A DNA stretch of 64,000 nucleotides from Acaryochloridaceae cyanobacterium VAR_48_metabat_390. GTDB taxonomy: Bacteria > Cyanobacteriota > Cyanobacteriia > Thermosynechococcales > Thermosynechococcaceae. This document shows positions 46,238 through 55,569 of the stretch, piece by piece (position 1 is the stretch's first letter; each line of letters starts with the position of its first letter). Below the pieces are notes generated by a model. That model saw only the letters and a list, made by a program, of their open reading frames with translations. It searched no databases and had not been told where the DNA came from. The translations under genes and the position numbers were made by a program. The stretch lies in NCBI GenBank assembly GCA_031422435.1, contig JANPLU010000107.1, positions 50,622 through 114,621 on the forward strand. Direction: 5' to 3'.

Positions 46238-48544
46238 ATGCTGACATCATCTGGGTTGAGCAAATCTGTGGCTGTTCTCTTGTGCTGTGCCTATATTTTA
46301 GGGCTACTTTTTACTGCACTGCCTTGGGGCACGCTGCTGCTGACTGGGTTTGGGCTGGTGGCGGCATGGATGCGATCACCCCAATTCCTTCACCTCTCGC
46401 GGCGGCACCATATCCCCATTCCGCAAGCATGGTGGCGCAGCCCAACGTCTCGCTGGTGGCTCGTCGCCACTGGCATTAGTCTTTTAGCGGCTGGCTATCT
46501 TCAGCTTTCGCTGCCCTACCCCGCACCCAATGATGTGAGCCGTTTAGTGCAGTCTAATCAAACCCGCACCACCGCAGAGGTTTCGGGCATTATTCAAAGT
46601 CGCCCAGCCCTCACCCGACGGGGAACCATGCAGATCTGGCTCACCGCCCAGCAGGCTGCGGTAGAGGGCAGCGCTACCCAGACTGTCTCTGGTAATGTGT
46701 TTGTCACCCTACCTCGCAAAGCAGCCAAAAACCTGCATCCGAGTCAGACGGTCACGATTACCGGATCGCTTTATAAGCCACAGAAAGTCACGCAACCTCA
46801 CGGCTTTGACTTTGCCACCTATTTAGCGCGAGAAGGTTCATTCTCAGGGCTAAAGGGCGTAACGGTTCGAGTCGATCGTGAAGGAAGTACTTGGGGTGGC
46901 TGGGCGATTCGCGCCCGAATTGTGCGATCGCTCCAAAACGGCGCGGATGAACGAACGGGTTCGCTGCTGAGCGCGTTAGTGCTGGGCAAAGACGCGGCGG
47001 ATGTTCCCTACGATCTCAAGGATGCGTTTATTCAGTCAGGGTTAGCCCATGCGCTGGCGGCATCGGGGTTTCAGGTGTCGCTGATTTTGTCGGTGGTGCT
47101 GGGGTTAGGGAGATCGCGGCTTTCTATCTCCGGTCAGGTTCTGCTGGGGTTTAGCGCACTCCTGCTATACGGATTTTTGTGTGGGGCAGAGCCTTCCATT
47201 GTGCGGGCACTTTTAATGGGGTTCGCCAGCTTGACTGCGTTAGGGCTAGAGGGTAAGGTACGAGCTGTCTCTGCCCTGCTGCTGATTGCTGTTTTGATGC
47301 TGATTTTTAAGCCATTATGGATTTGGGACTTGGGGTTTCAGCTTAGCGTTCTGGCAACTCTAGGGCTAATGGTTTCTGCAACACCCATTGCCACAGCCTT
47401 AGACTGGCTGCCGCCCACCCTAGCCTCTCTGCTTGCCGTACCCTTGGCGGCTACCCTATGGACGCTGCCGCTCCAGCTCTATATTTTTGGGGTGCTGCCG
47501 CTCTATGGCCTATTGGCAAACGTCAGCGTTGCGCTGCTGCTGTCAGGGTTAACCATTGGTGGCTTTATCAGCAGTTTGGCTGCGCTAGTTTGGCCTTTAT
47601 TGGGCAGCGGTTTCGCCTGGATGCTGTATTGGCCCACTCAGCTTCTGATGGCAATTGTGCAGGGCATTAGCCAACTGCCAGGGAACTCCCTAGCCCTGGG
47701 CAAAATCTCTTTTCTTCAGGTTTTGGCGCTCTATGGCTGCATTGTGGCGGTTTGGCTGGTGCCGCAATGCCAGAAACATTGGCGCTTTGCCGCAGCCATT
47801 GGTTTTCTGCTGGTCATCGTTCCACTTTGGCAGGTGCAGACCCAGCGGTTTGCCGTTACGGTCTTTGACCAAACCCGCACCCCGATGATGGTGATTCAGC
47901 ACCCTCAAGGGACAGTGGTAGTGAATAGTGGCGATCGCCTTAATGCCACCCAGTCTTTAGTGCCGTTTTTACAGCAGGAAGGCATTAACCGCATCGACTG
48001 GGCAGTGGATACGGGCGCTACGCCAACGGCGCAATCTGGCTGGATATCACTTTTGCAAAGAATGCCCATTCAGGTGCTAACGCGCTGTATCCCTCAGGCA
48101 GTGGCGCAAGAGTCACCGTCACTTAAACCGAAGCAATCTCTTGAGGTCAACGCCCAAGAGCGTCTAGCCTTGGGTGCCATTGAGATGGTGCTTTGGCGTG
48201 CCCAGCCTACAACCTTAACGCTACAGATTGGCACTCAAAAATGGCTGTTGGTAGACGGCAGCACCGAAGCAGACTTTATGGCTTGGCTCACAACCGTTCA
48301 GCTCCCGCCGATTCAGGTACTGTGGTGGCGGGGACAGCCCTCTTCTAAAGTGGTTGAGCAGCTACATCCAGACACCCTGATTTTGTCGGAGAGAAAAGGG
48401 ATTGAAGGGGCGATCGCCACCCTAGAAAAGAATATCCCCAGAGTTTTTTGGACAGAAAGAGACGGTACTGTTCAGTGGACAGCACAACAAAGCTTCAGTA
48501 GAACCATTAACCCTGGCGAAAATAATCTTTCTCCCTTGGGCTAA
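46238..48544 (+). CDS. comEC: Competence protein ComEC/Rec2
   Basis: FDFATYL, GLAHALAASGFQVSL, PSIVRA, DLGFQLS.LAT.GL, WTERDG.VQW. Confidence 0.9.
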   Translation: MLTSSGLSKSVAVLLCCAYILGLLFTALPWGTLLLTGFGLVAAWMRSPQFLHLSRRHHIPIPQAWWRSPTSRWWLVATGISLLAAGYLQLSLPYPAPNDVSRLVQSNQTRTTAEVSGIIQSRPALTRRGTMQIWLTAQQAAVEGSATQTVSGNVFVTLPRKAAKNLHPSQTVTITGSLYKPQKVTQPHGFDFATYLAREGSFSGLKGVTVRVDREGSTWGGWAIRARIVRSLQNGADERTGSLLSALVLGKDAADVPYDLKDAFIQSGLAHALAASGFQVSLILSVVLGLGRSRLSISGQVLLGFSALLLYGFLCGAEPSIVRALLMGFASLTALGLEGKVRAVSALLLIAVLMLIFKPLWIWDLGFQLSVLATLGLMVSATPIATALDWLPPTLASLLAVPLAATLWTLPLQLYIFGVLPLYGLLANVSVALLLSGLTIGGFISSLAALVWPLLGSGFAWMLYWPTQLLMAIVQGISQLPGNSLALGKISFLQVLALYGCIVAVWLVPQCQKHWRFAAAIGFLLVIVPLWQVQTQRFAVTVFDQTRTPMMVIQHPQGTVVVNSGDRLNATQSLVPFLQQEGINRIDWAVDTGATPTAQSGWISLLQRMPIQVLTRCIPQAVAQESPSLKPKQSLEVNAQERLALGAIEMVLWRAQPTTLTLQIGTQKWLLVDGSTEADFMAWLTTVQLPPIQVLWWRGQPSSKVVEQLHPDTLILSERKGIEGAIATLEKNIPRVFWTERDGTVQWTAQQSFSRTINPGENNLSPLG

Positions 48545-48560
48545 CGGTTTAGGTTTACTT

Positions 48561-49244
48561 CTAATGATGGGCGTTGTGCAAATCTAAAGAAGCTGGAATG
48601 CCAATCACAGGGCAGCACACCGAGTCTCTAAGCTGCTCAATCAGGGGATGCTCCGCAGAACAGCATCCCAAAATCATCACGTCAGCCTGCTCTTGTAGGG
48701 CAACTTTGCTCAGCTCTGCAGCTGGAGTGCCAAACCGAAGATGCGTATTAAGAGAACCTCGCCACTCCGTCGCAAACGTCCGTGCATTCCATAGCACCTG
48801 ATCAGCCTCTTCAAAGCACTGAAGCTGGGCGGCTCTCACATCCACACAGTTGACCGTGTGACGACGAGATTTCCGTTCTGAAATCGTTGCCGTCCCGCCT
48901 TCTAAACCGCGTCGAACAGATGCGCCCACCGTTGCAGAAAAGACCTGCTGTTGGGTTTGATAAATGCCTTCAAGAACGTAAACCGTCTGTACGACCACCT
49001 GCTTGCGCGTCGCCAATCGTGTCTGATAGGCAATTAAAAGCGTAAGGTCAAGCGCCACTTGGCTTTTTTGAGAGCCGCTATAGCCCACCACAATGTTGAT
49101 CGTGTCAGATTCCATCGTTTTTGAGGCATCAAAGACCTGAGACGGAGCAATAATCTGAGGGCTAGACAGCAGCAAAAGATCGCGAGCGGCGCGATTGTCC
49201 GCCATCGTATTCCCCAGCCGCGCTAGGGTCGCCTTAATATTCAT
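48561..49244 (-). CDS. Universal stress protein family
   Basis: IVVGYSGSQKSQVALD, HLRFG.PAAEL..VA..QADVMILG, CPVIGIP. Confidence 0.85.
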   Translation of the reverse strand: MNIKATLARLGNTMADNRAARDLLLLSSPQIIAPSQVFDASKTMESDTINIVVGYSGSQKSQVALDLTLLIAYQTRLATRKQVVVQTVYVLEGIYQTQQQVFSATVGASVRRGLEGGTATISERKSRRHTVNCVDVRAAQLQCFEEADQVLWNARTFATEWRGSLNTHLRFGTPAAELSKVALQEQADVMILGCCSAEHPLIEQLRDSVCCPVIGIPASLDLHNAHH

Positions 49245-49339
49245 AGGTCATCTCCAGTGGTTGTAAGCGGGTACCGAAATGTAGAGCAGTACGTGCTAAG
49301 AAAACCAAAGAGGTCAAAAAGTGCTTTGACGTCCTAGTC

Positions 49340-49508
49340 TTCTCCCAATGCCGACGAGGTTAGCTGACGGGCTAGGACTGAGAGATGTCCTTCTTAATCG
49401 CAGTAGATGCGAGTAAAGATAAGCCCCAGAAATTGGTTCCCCCGTTCTTAACTGAGCTGCGCCAAAATTAAGGTCTACAGATGTCTCTTCGTTAAGATTA
49501 AGCTGACT
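49340..49508 (-). promoter_or_regulatory. c-di-AMP (ydaO/yuaA) riboswitch
   Basis: minus strand cagcttaatct...agaacgggggaacc..tggggcttatc...cctagcccgtcagctaacctcgtcggc matches the ydaO consensus; lies upstream of the USP gene; boundaries approximate. Confidence 0.88.
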
Positions 49509-49650
49509 GACTCTTGTCATTCGTGCCCAATCTAACACTTCTTTGCTAGACCCGCAAATTAAGGTTTGTCAAAGGTTTCAACGGTATAAAGCTACACAAT
49601 TCAGACGATTGACAAGTTCAGATTAACAAGATTAAGTTAACAAGCTCACC

Positions 49651-51216
49651 ATGGCGATAATCGCTGACTGGCTTTCGACTATACCGGGTAATCCGCTGCC
49701 GCAGTTCCAAGCGGTAGATCGGCGCTGGCATCATTGGCGAACGGATAAGTTTGGGCGATCGCACCCTCAACCCTCTCAAGTTGTCTTCCAAAATTCTTCC
49801 CTGTTAGGGGCAACGGACTGGGATATTGCCATCTGTGGCGGTACCCTAGGTATTCTGCTCGGTACAGCCTTGGTTCAAAAGGGTTGGCGCGTGGCAATTC
49901 TAGAGCGCGGCGAACTGCGGGGGAGATCGCAGGAATGGAATACCTCCCGTCATGAGCTTCAGGTTTTGGTGGAGCTGGAGCTATTGACGGAAGCGGAATT
50001 GGAAGGGGCGATCGCTAGTGAATTCAACCCCAACCGTATCGCCTTCCACGGCGGCTCAGAATTTTGGGTCAAGGATGTATTAAATGTAGGGGTCGCTCCA
50101 GCTTATTTGCTGGAGTGCCTAAAGCAGCGATTTTTGCAGCAGGGCGGCACACTGTATGAACATACGGCCTTTGAAACAGTGACGGTTCACCCTGATGGGG
50201 TTTGCATTCAGGCAGGCCAGACCCTTACGGCAAAACTAATGGTAGATGCGATGGGTCATTTTTCGCCCATCGTGGCTCAAGCACGCGCAGGTCAGCAGCC
50301 CGATGCAGTTTGTTTGGTGGTAGGAACTTGCGCCAAGGGCATCCCAGCCGGAACCACGGGCGACCTCATGGTGTCTTTAGCACCCATTGAGCAAGGCCAT
50401 CAATGCTTCTGGGAAGCCTTTCCTGCGCGGGACGGGCGCACCACTTACCTATTTACCTACGCAGATTTTGCACCAGAACAGCCCAGCCTAGAACAGCTTT
50501 TTGAAGAATATCTCAACGCGTTACCCAACTACCAGGGCGTTGATATTGCCGAGCTAAATGTTCAAAGAGCCATGTTTGGCCTATTCCCCAGCTATCGACA
50601 AAGCCCGTTGGTACTGCCTTGGGCGCGGCTGCTGGCGGTAGGTGACAGCAGTGGATGCCAATCACCCCTAAGCTTTGGTGGGTTTGGCGCAATGCTGCGG
50701 CATCTGCGGCGCTTAAGCGAAGGGATGGAAGACACCCTTAAAAGCGATGCGCTTTCTGTGAATGATTTGGCCTTACTACAGCCTTACCAGCCCAATTTAT
50801 CCGTCACTTGGCTATTTCAACGTGCGATGAGCGTGAGAGCAAATCAAACTCTTGCCCCAAATCAGATTAATGATTTGCTCTCCGTAGTCTTTCAATCTAT
50901 GGAAACCCTAGGGGAACCTGTGTTGCGACCTTTTTTACAAGACGTGGTGCAGTTTAGTCCTCTTTATCGCACGTTGCTCCAGGTGTCGCTCCAGACTCCA
51001 AGTATGATTCCCAAGATTTTGCAGCAGGTTGGCCCTGGTGCTTTGCTGGACTGGATGGGTCATTTTGCGGCATTGGGTGCCTACAGTGGACTACATCAAA
51101 TGCAGCCCCTCATACAAGATTGGAGTGAGAAACTGCCATGGCGATCACGGTTTCAATGGCAGCGACGGCTAGACGCATGGGCTTATGGATCTGGTGCAGA
51201 CTATAAGTCACATTAA
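49651..51216 (+). CDS. cruP: CruP-type lycopene cyclase paralogue (FAD oxidoreductase)
   Basis: ICGGTLG, LRGRSQEWN, FWEAFPARDGRTTYLF, QSPLSFGGFG, YGSGADY; about 520 aa. Confidence 0.8.
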   Translation: MAIIADWLSTIPGNPLPQFQAVDRRWHHWRTDKFGRSHPQPSQVVFQNSSLLGATDWDIAICGGTLGILLGTALVQKGWRVAILERGELRGRSQEWNTSRHELQVLVELELLTEAELEGAIASEFNPNRIAFHGGSEFWVKDVLNVGVAPAYLLECLKQRFLQQGGTLYEHTAFETVTVHPDGVCIQAGQTLTAKLMVDAMGHFSPIVAQARAGQQPDAVCLVVGTCAKGIPAGTTGDLMVSLAPIEQGHQCFWEAFPARDGRTTYLFTYADFAPEQPSLEQLFEEYLNALPNYQGVDIAELNVQRAMFGLFPSYRQSPLVLPWARLLAVGDSSGCQSPLSFGGFGAMLRHLRRLSEGMEDTLKSDALSVNDLALLQPYQPNLSVTWLFQRAMSVRANQTLAPNQINDLLSVVFQSMETLGEPVLRPFLQDVVQFSPLYRTLLQVSLQTPSMIPKILQQVGPGALLDWMGHFAALGAYSGLHQMQPLIQDWSEKLPWRSRFQWQRRLDAWAYGSGADYKSH

Positions 51217-51232
51217 GTTAAGAAGCATCGTT

Positions 51233-51380
51233 ATAAACGAGACATTTACCTATGACTATGTTGAAAGCAACGGCAATGTTTTTACTGATTGGATCTTGAG
51301 GACGCGGATGAACGCTTGACTCGCGCTCAGCTTGGCTATTCGGTGCGGCAAATTTTGAAGCTGCTAACTATAGTTGGCTA
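51233..51380 (+). pseudogene. Remnant of an XRE/HTH antitoxin-like gene (frameshifted, truncated)
   Basis: YVESNGNVFTD / frameshift / DLEDADERLTRAQLGYSVRQILK resembles the 'SSGNVFADLGLEDA' N-terminus. Confidence 0.65.
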
Positions 51381-51789
51381 GCATTAATTTGGTGGCCTCT
51401 GGAGGCAAAGCTTCGCTACCAAATCTCTGCAATCTGAAAGGCAAGCGATCGCCTCCCTCATGCCAGATCCCCTTGATCGCCGCGATCGCTGCCCTCATTC
51501 CGACTCCCCCACGATCTGCTGCTCCACCTAATGCCCCGTCAAATGTTTACTATCGCCTATCATTTTGTCGAAAGTTCGCCTTTAGCAGCGGTTCGCAAAG
51601 CCTTTTCCAACATAGGGACTATTTCAATACTTCCGACAAATAGTTCATTTTGTTGAATTTTTATAATGGAAAATCATCAGAATCACTGTCTCTAATATCG
51701 GATCAAATTCCAGTAATCTATTCTTATACAGTTATCATTGATAGGACAGCCACCTTCTCACACCATGAAAAGTTTGAAATTGTAAAACT

Positions 51790-52677
51790 ATGAAAAATAA
51801 TAGCGAGATAATTAAAACTTATTCAGTAGCATTGACGAAAGGAATAATTAGTCAGGTTCCCATCGTTGGGCCATTAGCTGTTGAAATAATGAATGTAAGC
51901 ATTCCCAATCACCGTCAGGAAAGGATTGAAAAACTACTCAATATCCTAGCATCCAAAGTTTTTGATATTACTCCTGAAGAGTTAGAACAAAAATTTAAAT
52001 CAACTGAATTCATAGATATGTTTGAAGACGTTTTATTTCAAAGTATTCGAGCTACAAGCCAAGAAAGACTCGAATATTTAGCTTGTGTGTTAAAAAATGG
52101 ATTAAATGACAATGAATTTGAATCATTGCGAACAAAAAGAATTTTAGAGATTTTATCAAAAATAAATGATATAGAAATAGTTATTCTTCGTTTTTGTGGT
52201 TTGAACGGCTCAAGAAGACTCATAGAGTCAAACGATAAAATAGAATCAAATGACAAGCAAAACGAATTCAAGCAAAAAAATATAAATCTATTTGAAGATT
52301 TTCAAAGTGATGATTCGAGTCAAAAAGCGATGTTTAGAAATTATCAGAGCAATTTAATTAATCTAGGCCTTCTAGGCCCAAATCAACTGAGCAATTCTGT
52401 AAACGCATTCTATAAAATCTATCCAGCTAGTGAACTATACAATCTCTCACCAACTAATTTAGGATACATACTTCTTGAATTGATCGGAATTATACAAGAA
52501 AAGAAACTCATAGGGACTCCGATAGACTCTTTAGATGTATCCCATCAATTGTTGACGGCACAGAACGAGATTAAAAAAAATATTGAAAAAACAAAAGAAG
52601 ATGCAATCAAAGAAATGAATAAACAATCTAAAAATGCTTCTGAAGAGTTGGCAAGACAAATTCGGAGGATTAGGTAA
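51790..52677 (+). CDS. AT-rich hypothetical protein with C-terminal coiled coil; possible defence gene
   Basis: 295-aa ORF, visibly more AT-rich than flanking genes, no HIP1 seen. Confidence 0.75.
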   Translation: MKNNSEIIKTYSVALTKGIISQVPIVGPLAVEIMNVSIPNHRQERIEKLLNILASKVFDITPEELEQKFKSTEFIDMFEDVLFQSIRATSQERLEYLACVLKNGLNDNEFESLRTKRILEILSKINDIEIVILRFCGLNGSRRLIESNDKIESNDKQNEFKQKNINLFEDFQSDDSSQKAMFRNYQSNLINLGLLGPNQLSNSVNAFYKIYPASELYNLSPTNLGYILLELIGIIQEKKLIGTPIDSLDVSHQLLTAQNEIKKNIEKTKEDAIKEMNKQSKNASEELARQIRRIR

Positions 52678-52819
52678 TGCTTGCTTTATTCATTAATCGT
52701 CATGAGCCTCTCGTGGGCGAGTCTTATAATCTGTACAGCACGCTGTGAGTGATGGCCTTTGTGTAAACCTTCAACAAAAGAGTTCCATTTGTCGAAGATT
52801 TAGACTCAAGGGATCCGTA

Positions 52820-52882
52820 TCACCTAACAAAGGCGATCGCCGCAAGGTTATTAATAGGCGATGTATCGCTAACAATAATCAA
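52820..52882 (-). pseudogene. N-terminal stub of a DUF3368 (PIN-like) gene, ending at a HIP1 site
   Basis: TTG-IIVSDTSPINNLAAIA then stop; overlaps the restored UPF0175 stop (TTGA); HIP1 at 52833-52840. Confidence 0.75.
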
Positions 52883-53125
52883 GGTCTACCCAGCGCTTGC
52901 AGGTTTTTAAGATCTTGTTCTAAGATCTTCTACACCATAGTGAATTGGCATGTGACGGCTGGCGAGGAGATGTTGAAACGCAACGCGATGCATTTGAGCA
53001 AAACGACTGGCTTGGGCTAGAGTCAATTTTTCCTTTTGAAAGAGCATAATAGCGATTTCTTGTTTGATTTCGCCTTCGGTCATACGAATGTTGGCTAGCA
53101 CGTCGTCTGAAATGATGATGCTCAT
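52879..53125 (-). pseudogene. UPF0175 family antitoxin with a +1 frameshift near the C-terminus
   Basis: EIAIMLFQKEKLTLAQASRFA; removing one base near 52921-52923 restores EQDLKNLQALGRP-stop (81 aa). Confidence 0.8.
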
Positions 53126-53187
53126 CGCTGGCTCCGTCATCTGATGCTGTTATTTTAGGCTCTAAAGCTTGCTCATCATCAATCTTG

Positions 53188-53229
53188 GCGATCGCCATTG
53201 GGTTACATCACGGCTGATGCTGCGATCGC
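53188..53229 (+). repeat. HIP1-bounded direct repeat, copy A
   Basis: gcgatcgc-cattgggttacatcacggctgatgct-gcgatcgc; 53193-53229 identical to 53980-54016. Confidence 0.9.
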
Positions 53230-53273
53230 TTACCACGCACATGTCATCTATATTTCTAGAACCCTCTATTCCT

Positions 53274-53588
53274 CTAAGCGCGCATTGGCTGAGGCTCTTG
53301 CGGCAACAAACGACATTTGATTGTTTTTTGAATTTCTGCTCCAGCCTGCTGCTCAGCCAAACGCAGCTCATAAGCTTTTTGCAAATTCAGCCATAGCTCA
53401 GGGCCAGTACCAAACCACTGCCCCAGCCGTAGAGCAGTATCCGCCGTGATGCCGCGTTGCCCCTTCAGAATCTGGGTAACGCGATTGGTAGGCACATGAA
53501 GCGTCCGAGCCAGCGCCGCCGCACTCATATCGAGTTCATCAAGCTCATCCGCTAAAATTTCGCCAGGGTGAATTGCTGGACGTGTCAT
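53274..53588 (-). CDS. higA: HigA (VapI-type) antitoxin
   Basis: IHPGEIL, VPTNRVTQI..GQRGITADTALRL..FGT.PELWLNLQ. Confidence 0.93.
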   Translation of the reverse strand: MTRPAIHPGEILADELDELDMSAAALARTLHVPTNRVTQILKGQRGITADTALRLGQWFGTGPELWLNLQKAYELRLAEQQAGAEIQKTIKCRLLPQEPQPMRA

Positions 53589-53602
53589 AAAACATTCCTC
53601 CT

Positions 53603-53893
53603 TCAGTGATAATCCACAATCTCAATATTGAACAGGGACTCCTCTTCCTCAGGCCATTCAAAACAAATACGCCATTGGTTATTGATGCGGATGCTGAACT
53701 GACCGTTACGGTCGCCGCCCAATGCTTCAAAGCGATTGCTGGGCAACATCATGAGGGCATCTTTGTTGGGTGCAGCTTCCAAAATCTCTAGACGCTTGTA
53801 TGCTTGCCTTTCAAACGCCTGAAATTCTTTAACTCGCCCTCCCTCCGCAAAGTGCTTTGTCCGCTTGTCTTTGTACTTTTGGCACATGTACAA
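53603..53893 (-). CDS. higB: HigB (RelE/ParE superfamily) toxin
   Basis: LPSNRFEALGGDRNGQFSIRINNQWRICF...EIVDYH; toxin upstream of antitoxin. Confidence 0.92.
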   Translation of the reverse strand: MYMCQKYKDKRTKHFAEGGRVKEFQAFERQAYKRLEILEAAPNKDALMMLPSNRFEALGGDRNGQFSIRINNQWRICFEWPEEEESLFNIEIVDYH

Positions 53894-53956
53894 TTATTCT
53901 AGCCATTATGGGTTACGTCAACCATAACATTTGTCTTCTTATCTCCCCGCGTCTGT

Positions 53957-54016
53957 GCGGACTCTTGGTGCAGAGAGAGCGCCATTGGGTTACATCACGG
54001 CTGATGCTGCGATCGC
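53957..54016 (+). repeat. HIP1-bounded direct repeat, copy B, with the 18-nt element (copy 4) in its left HIP1
   Basis: gcg[gactcttggtgcagagag]agcgc-cattgggttacatcacggctgatgct-gcgatcgc. Confidence 0.85.
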
Positions 54017-54080
54017 CCGTTACAAAAAGCAGCCTCTAATCCTCCAGCACTGCCGAAGCTAGCTTGAGTAGAGAGATCGC

Positions 54081-54374
54081 CTAAGAAAACAAAAAGCCTT
54101 CAATATCCCTTGCACCTTGCAAAACTCGAACAATATCAATGCCGTCCTCAATCGGAAAATAGAAAATCAGGTAGTTCCCCACTGAAAAACTACGCAGATT
54201 GGGCTTCAGTTCATCTTGGGATACTCCCATCTGTGGAAACTCAGCCAGTACCAAGCATTTATCATGGATGCGATCTAAAAATTGATCGGCATTTTGGGGG
54301 CTGTCCTGGGCGATGTACCACCAGATATCGTCAAGGTCAGCTTCAGCTTGTGGACGTTTTAATAAACGCGGCAT
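54081..54374 (-). CDS. parE: ParE-family toxin
   Basis: PQAEADLDDIWWYIAQDSP, LAEFPQMG, YLIFY, IVRVLQGARDI. Confidence 0.9.
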   Translation of the reverse strand: MPRLLKRPQAEADLDDIWWYIAQDSPQNADQFLDRIHDKCLVLAEFPQMGVSQDELKPNLRSFSVGNYLIFYFPIEDGIDIVRVLQGARDIEGFLFS

Positions 54375-54380
54375 CTTAAC

Positions 54381-54638
54381 TTATGCCTCTTGCTGGGCTA
54401 CCAAACGCTTACGACCGCGCGCCTTTATGCCTTCAATGTCTAGTGGTGTTGCACAACCGCTATCAATCCCTTTCTGGATCTCGCTTCGTAATGCTTTAAG
54501 CCGCATTTCACGCAGTTGGTCGCGCTCTTGCAACAGACGCAATGCCTCACGCATCACCTCACTTGCTGAATTGTAGAGACCACTCTCAACCTTTGCCCTT
54601 ACAAGGTCTTCTAAATGAGAGGTAAGCGAAATATTCAT
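54381..54638 (-). CDS. parD: ParD (CC2985-type RHH) antitoxin
   Basis: MNISLT..LE..V..KVESGLYNSASEVMREALRLL. Confidence 0.92.
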   Translation of the reverse strand: MNISLTSHLEDLVRAKVESGLYNSASEVMREALRLLQERDQLREMRLKALRSEIQKGIDSGCATPLDIEGIKARGRKRLVAQQEA

Positions 54639-54824
54639 AGGTTTTATGTTGCCACTTCAGTTAATAACAAAGAATAGCAAGCATTGCTATTCATAGCCTA
54701 ACCCACTTTTTAACGCATTAGAAAAGGCAGTCCCTGACAATGGCAGTCAAGACACCTCGGTCTCAACCTTGAAAAAAATCGGCAAATGGTAGAATAAAAC
54801 CTAAGTTCTATCAAGGTATCATTC

Positions 54825-55088
54825 ATGGGAATGAATATTAAAAACGCTGAAGTTCACGCGATGGCTCAAGAACTTGCGCAATTGACGGGGCAGAATTTAA
54901 CCAATGCCGTCAAGATGGCCGTTGAGCAGGCATTAGCGCAGGTCAAATCCAGTCGCGCTCTACCCAGGTCTAGACCCCTGGGACAGCGGTTAAATGAAAT
55001 TGCACTGCGTTGCGCAAGCTTGCCCGACAACGATCTCCGCAGTCCAGACGAGATCCTGAGATACGATGAGTCTGGTTTACCCGCCTAA
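54825..55088 (+). CDS. vapB: VapB antitoxin (Rv0623-like)
   Basis: MNIKNAEVH..AQELA..TG..LT.AV, DEIL.YDESGLP; TAATG overlap with vapC. Confidence 0.88.
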   Translation: MGMNIKNAEVHAMAQELAQLTGQNLTNAVKMAVEQALAQVKSSRALPRSRPLGQRLNEIALRCASLPDNDLRSPDEILRYDESGLPA

Positions 55089-55473
55089 TGGTTATTGATA
55101 CATCGGCGATCGCCGCAATTCTATTTGATGAGCCGGAGCGAGCGGCTTTATTGAAAAAATTGAGGCTGCTCAAACTCGACTCATTAGCGCTTCTACATTA
55201 CTGGAATGTATGCTGGTGGTAGAGTCTCGCAAGGGGACACTGGGACGCGCTGAACTAGAGCTTTTTGTTTATGAAGCCGACCTAAACATCGTTGCCTTTG
55301 ATCAGGCGCAGATGGATCTTGCTGCACAAGCATGGCGGCATTATGGCAAGGGGCGACATGCTGCTGGGCTAAATTATGGCGATTGCTTTGCCTATGCGCT
55401 GGCAAAGTTCAGCGGCGAGCCACTGCTGTTCAAGGGAATGGATTTCCCTCAAACAGATATTGAGCAATGCTGA
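55088..55473 (+). pseudogene. vapC: VapC PIN toxin with a -1 frameshift
   Basis: MVIDTSAIAAIL..EPE, frameshift at the T-run 55147-55149, then ...GKGRHAAGLNYGDCFAYALA...LLFKG.DF.QTD; one added T gives 128 aa. Confidence 0.85.
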
Positions 55474-55569
55474 TTCGTATGCTCGGTGCGGACTGAGCGC
55501 CTTACCCATTCAACCCAGAACTCAAGGGTGATCGCCGTTTACAAAAAAGCAGCAATTGAACTGTCACAG

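Noticed and set aside
53222..53243. Minus-strand MCVVSDRS resembling a second DUF3368 start ending at HIP1
   Set aside because: Only about six residues of similarity; insufficient.
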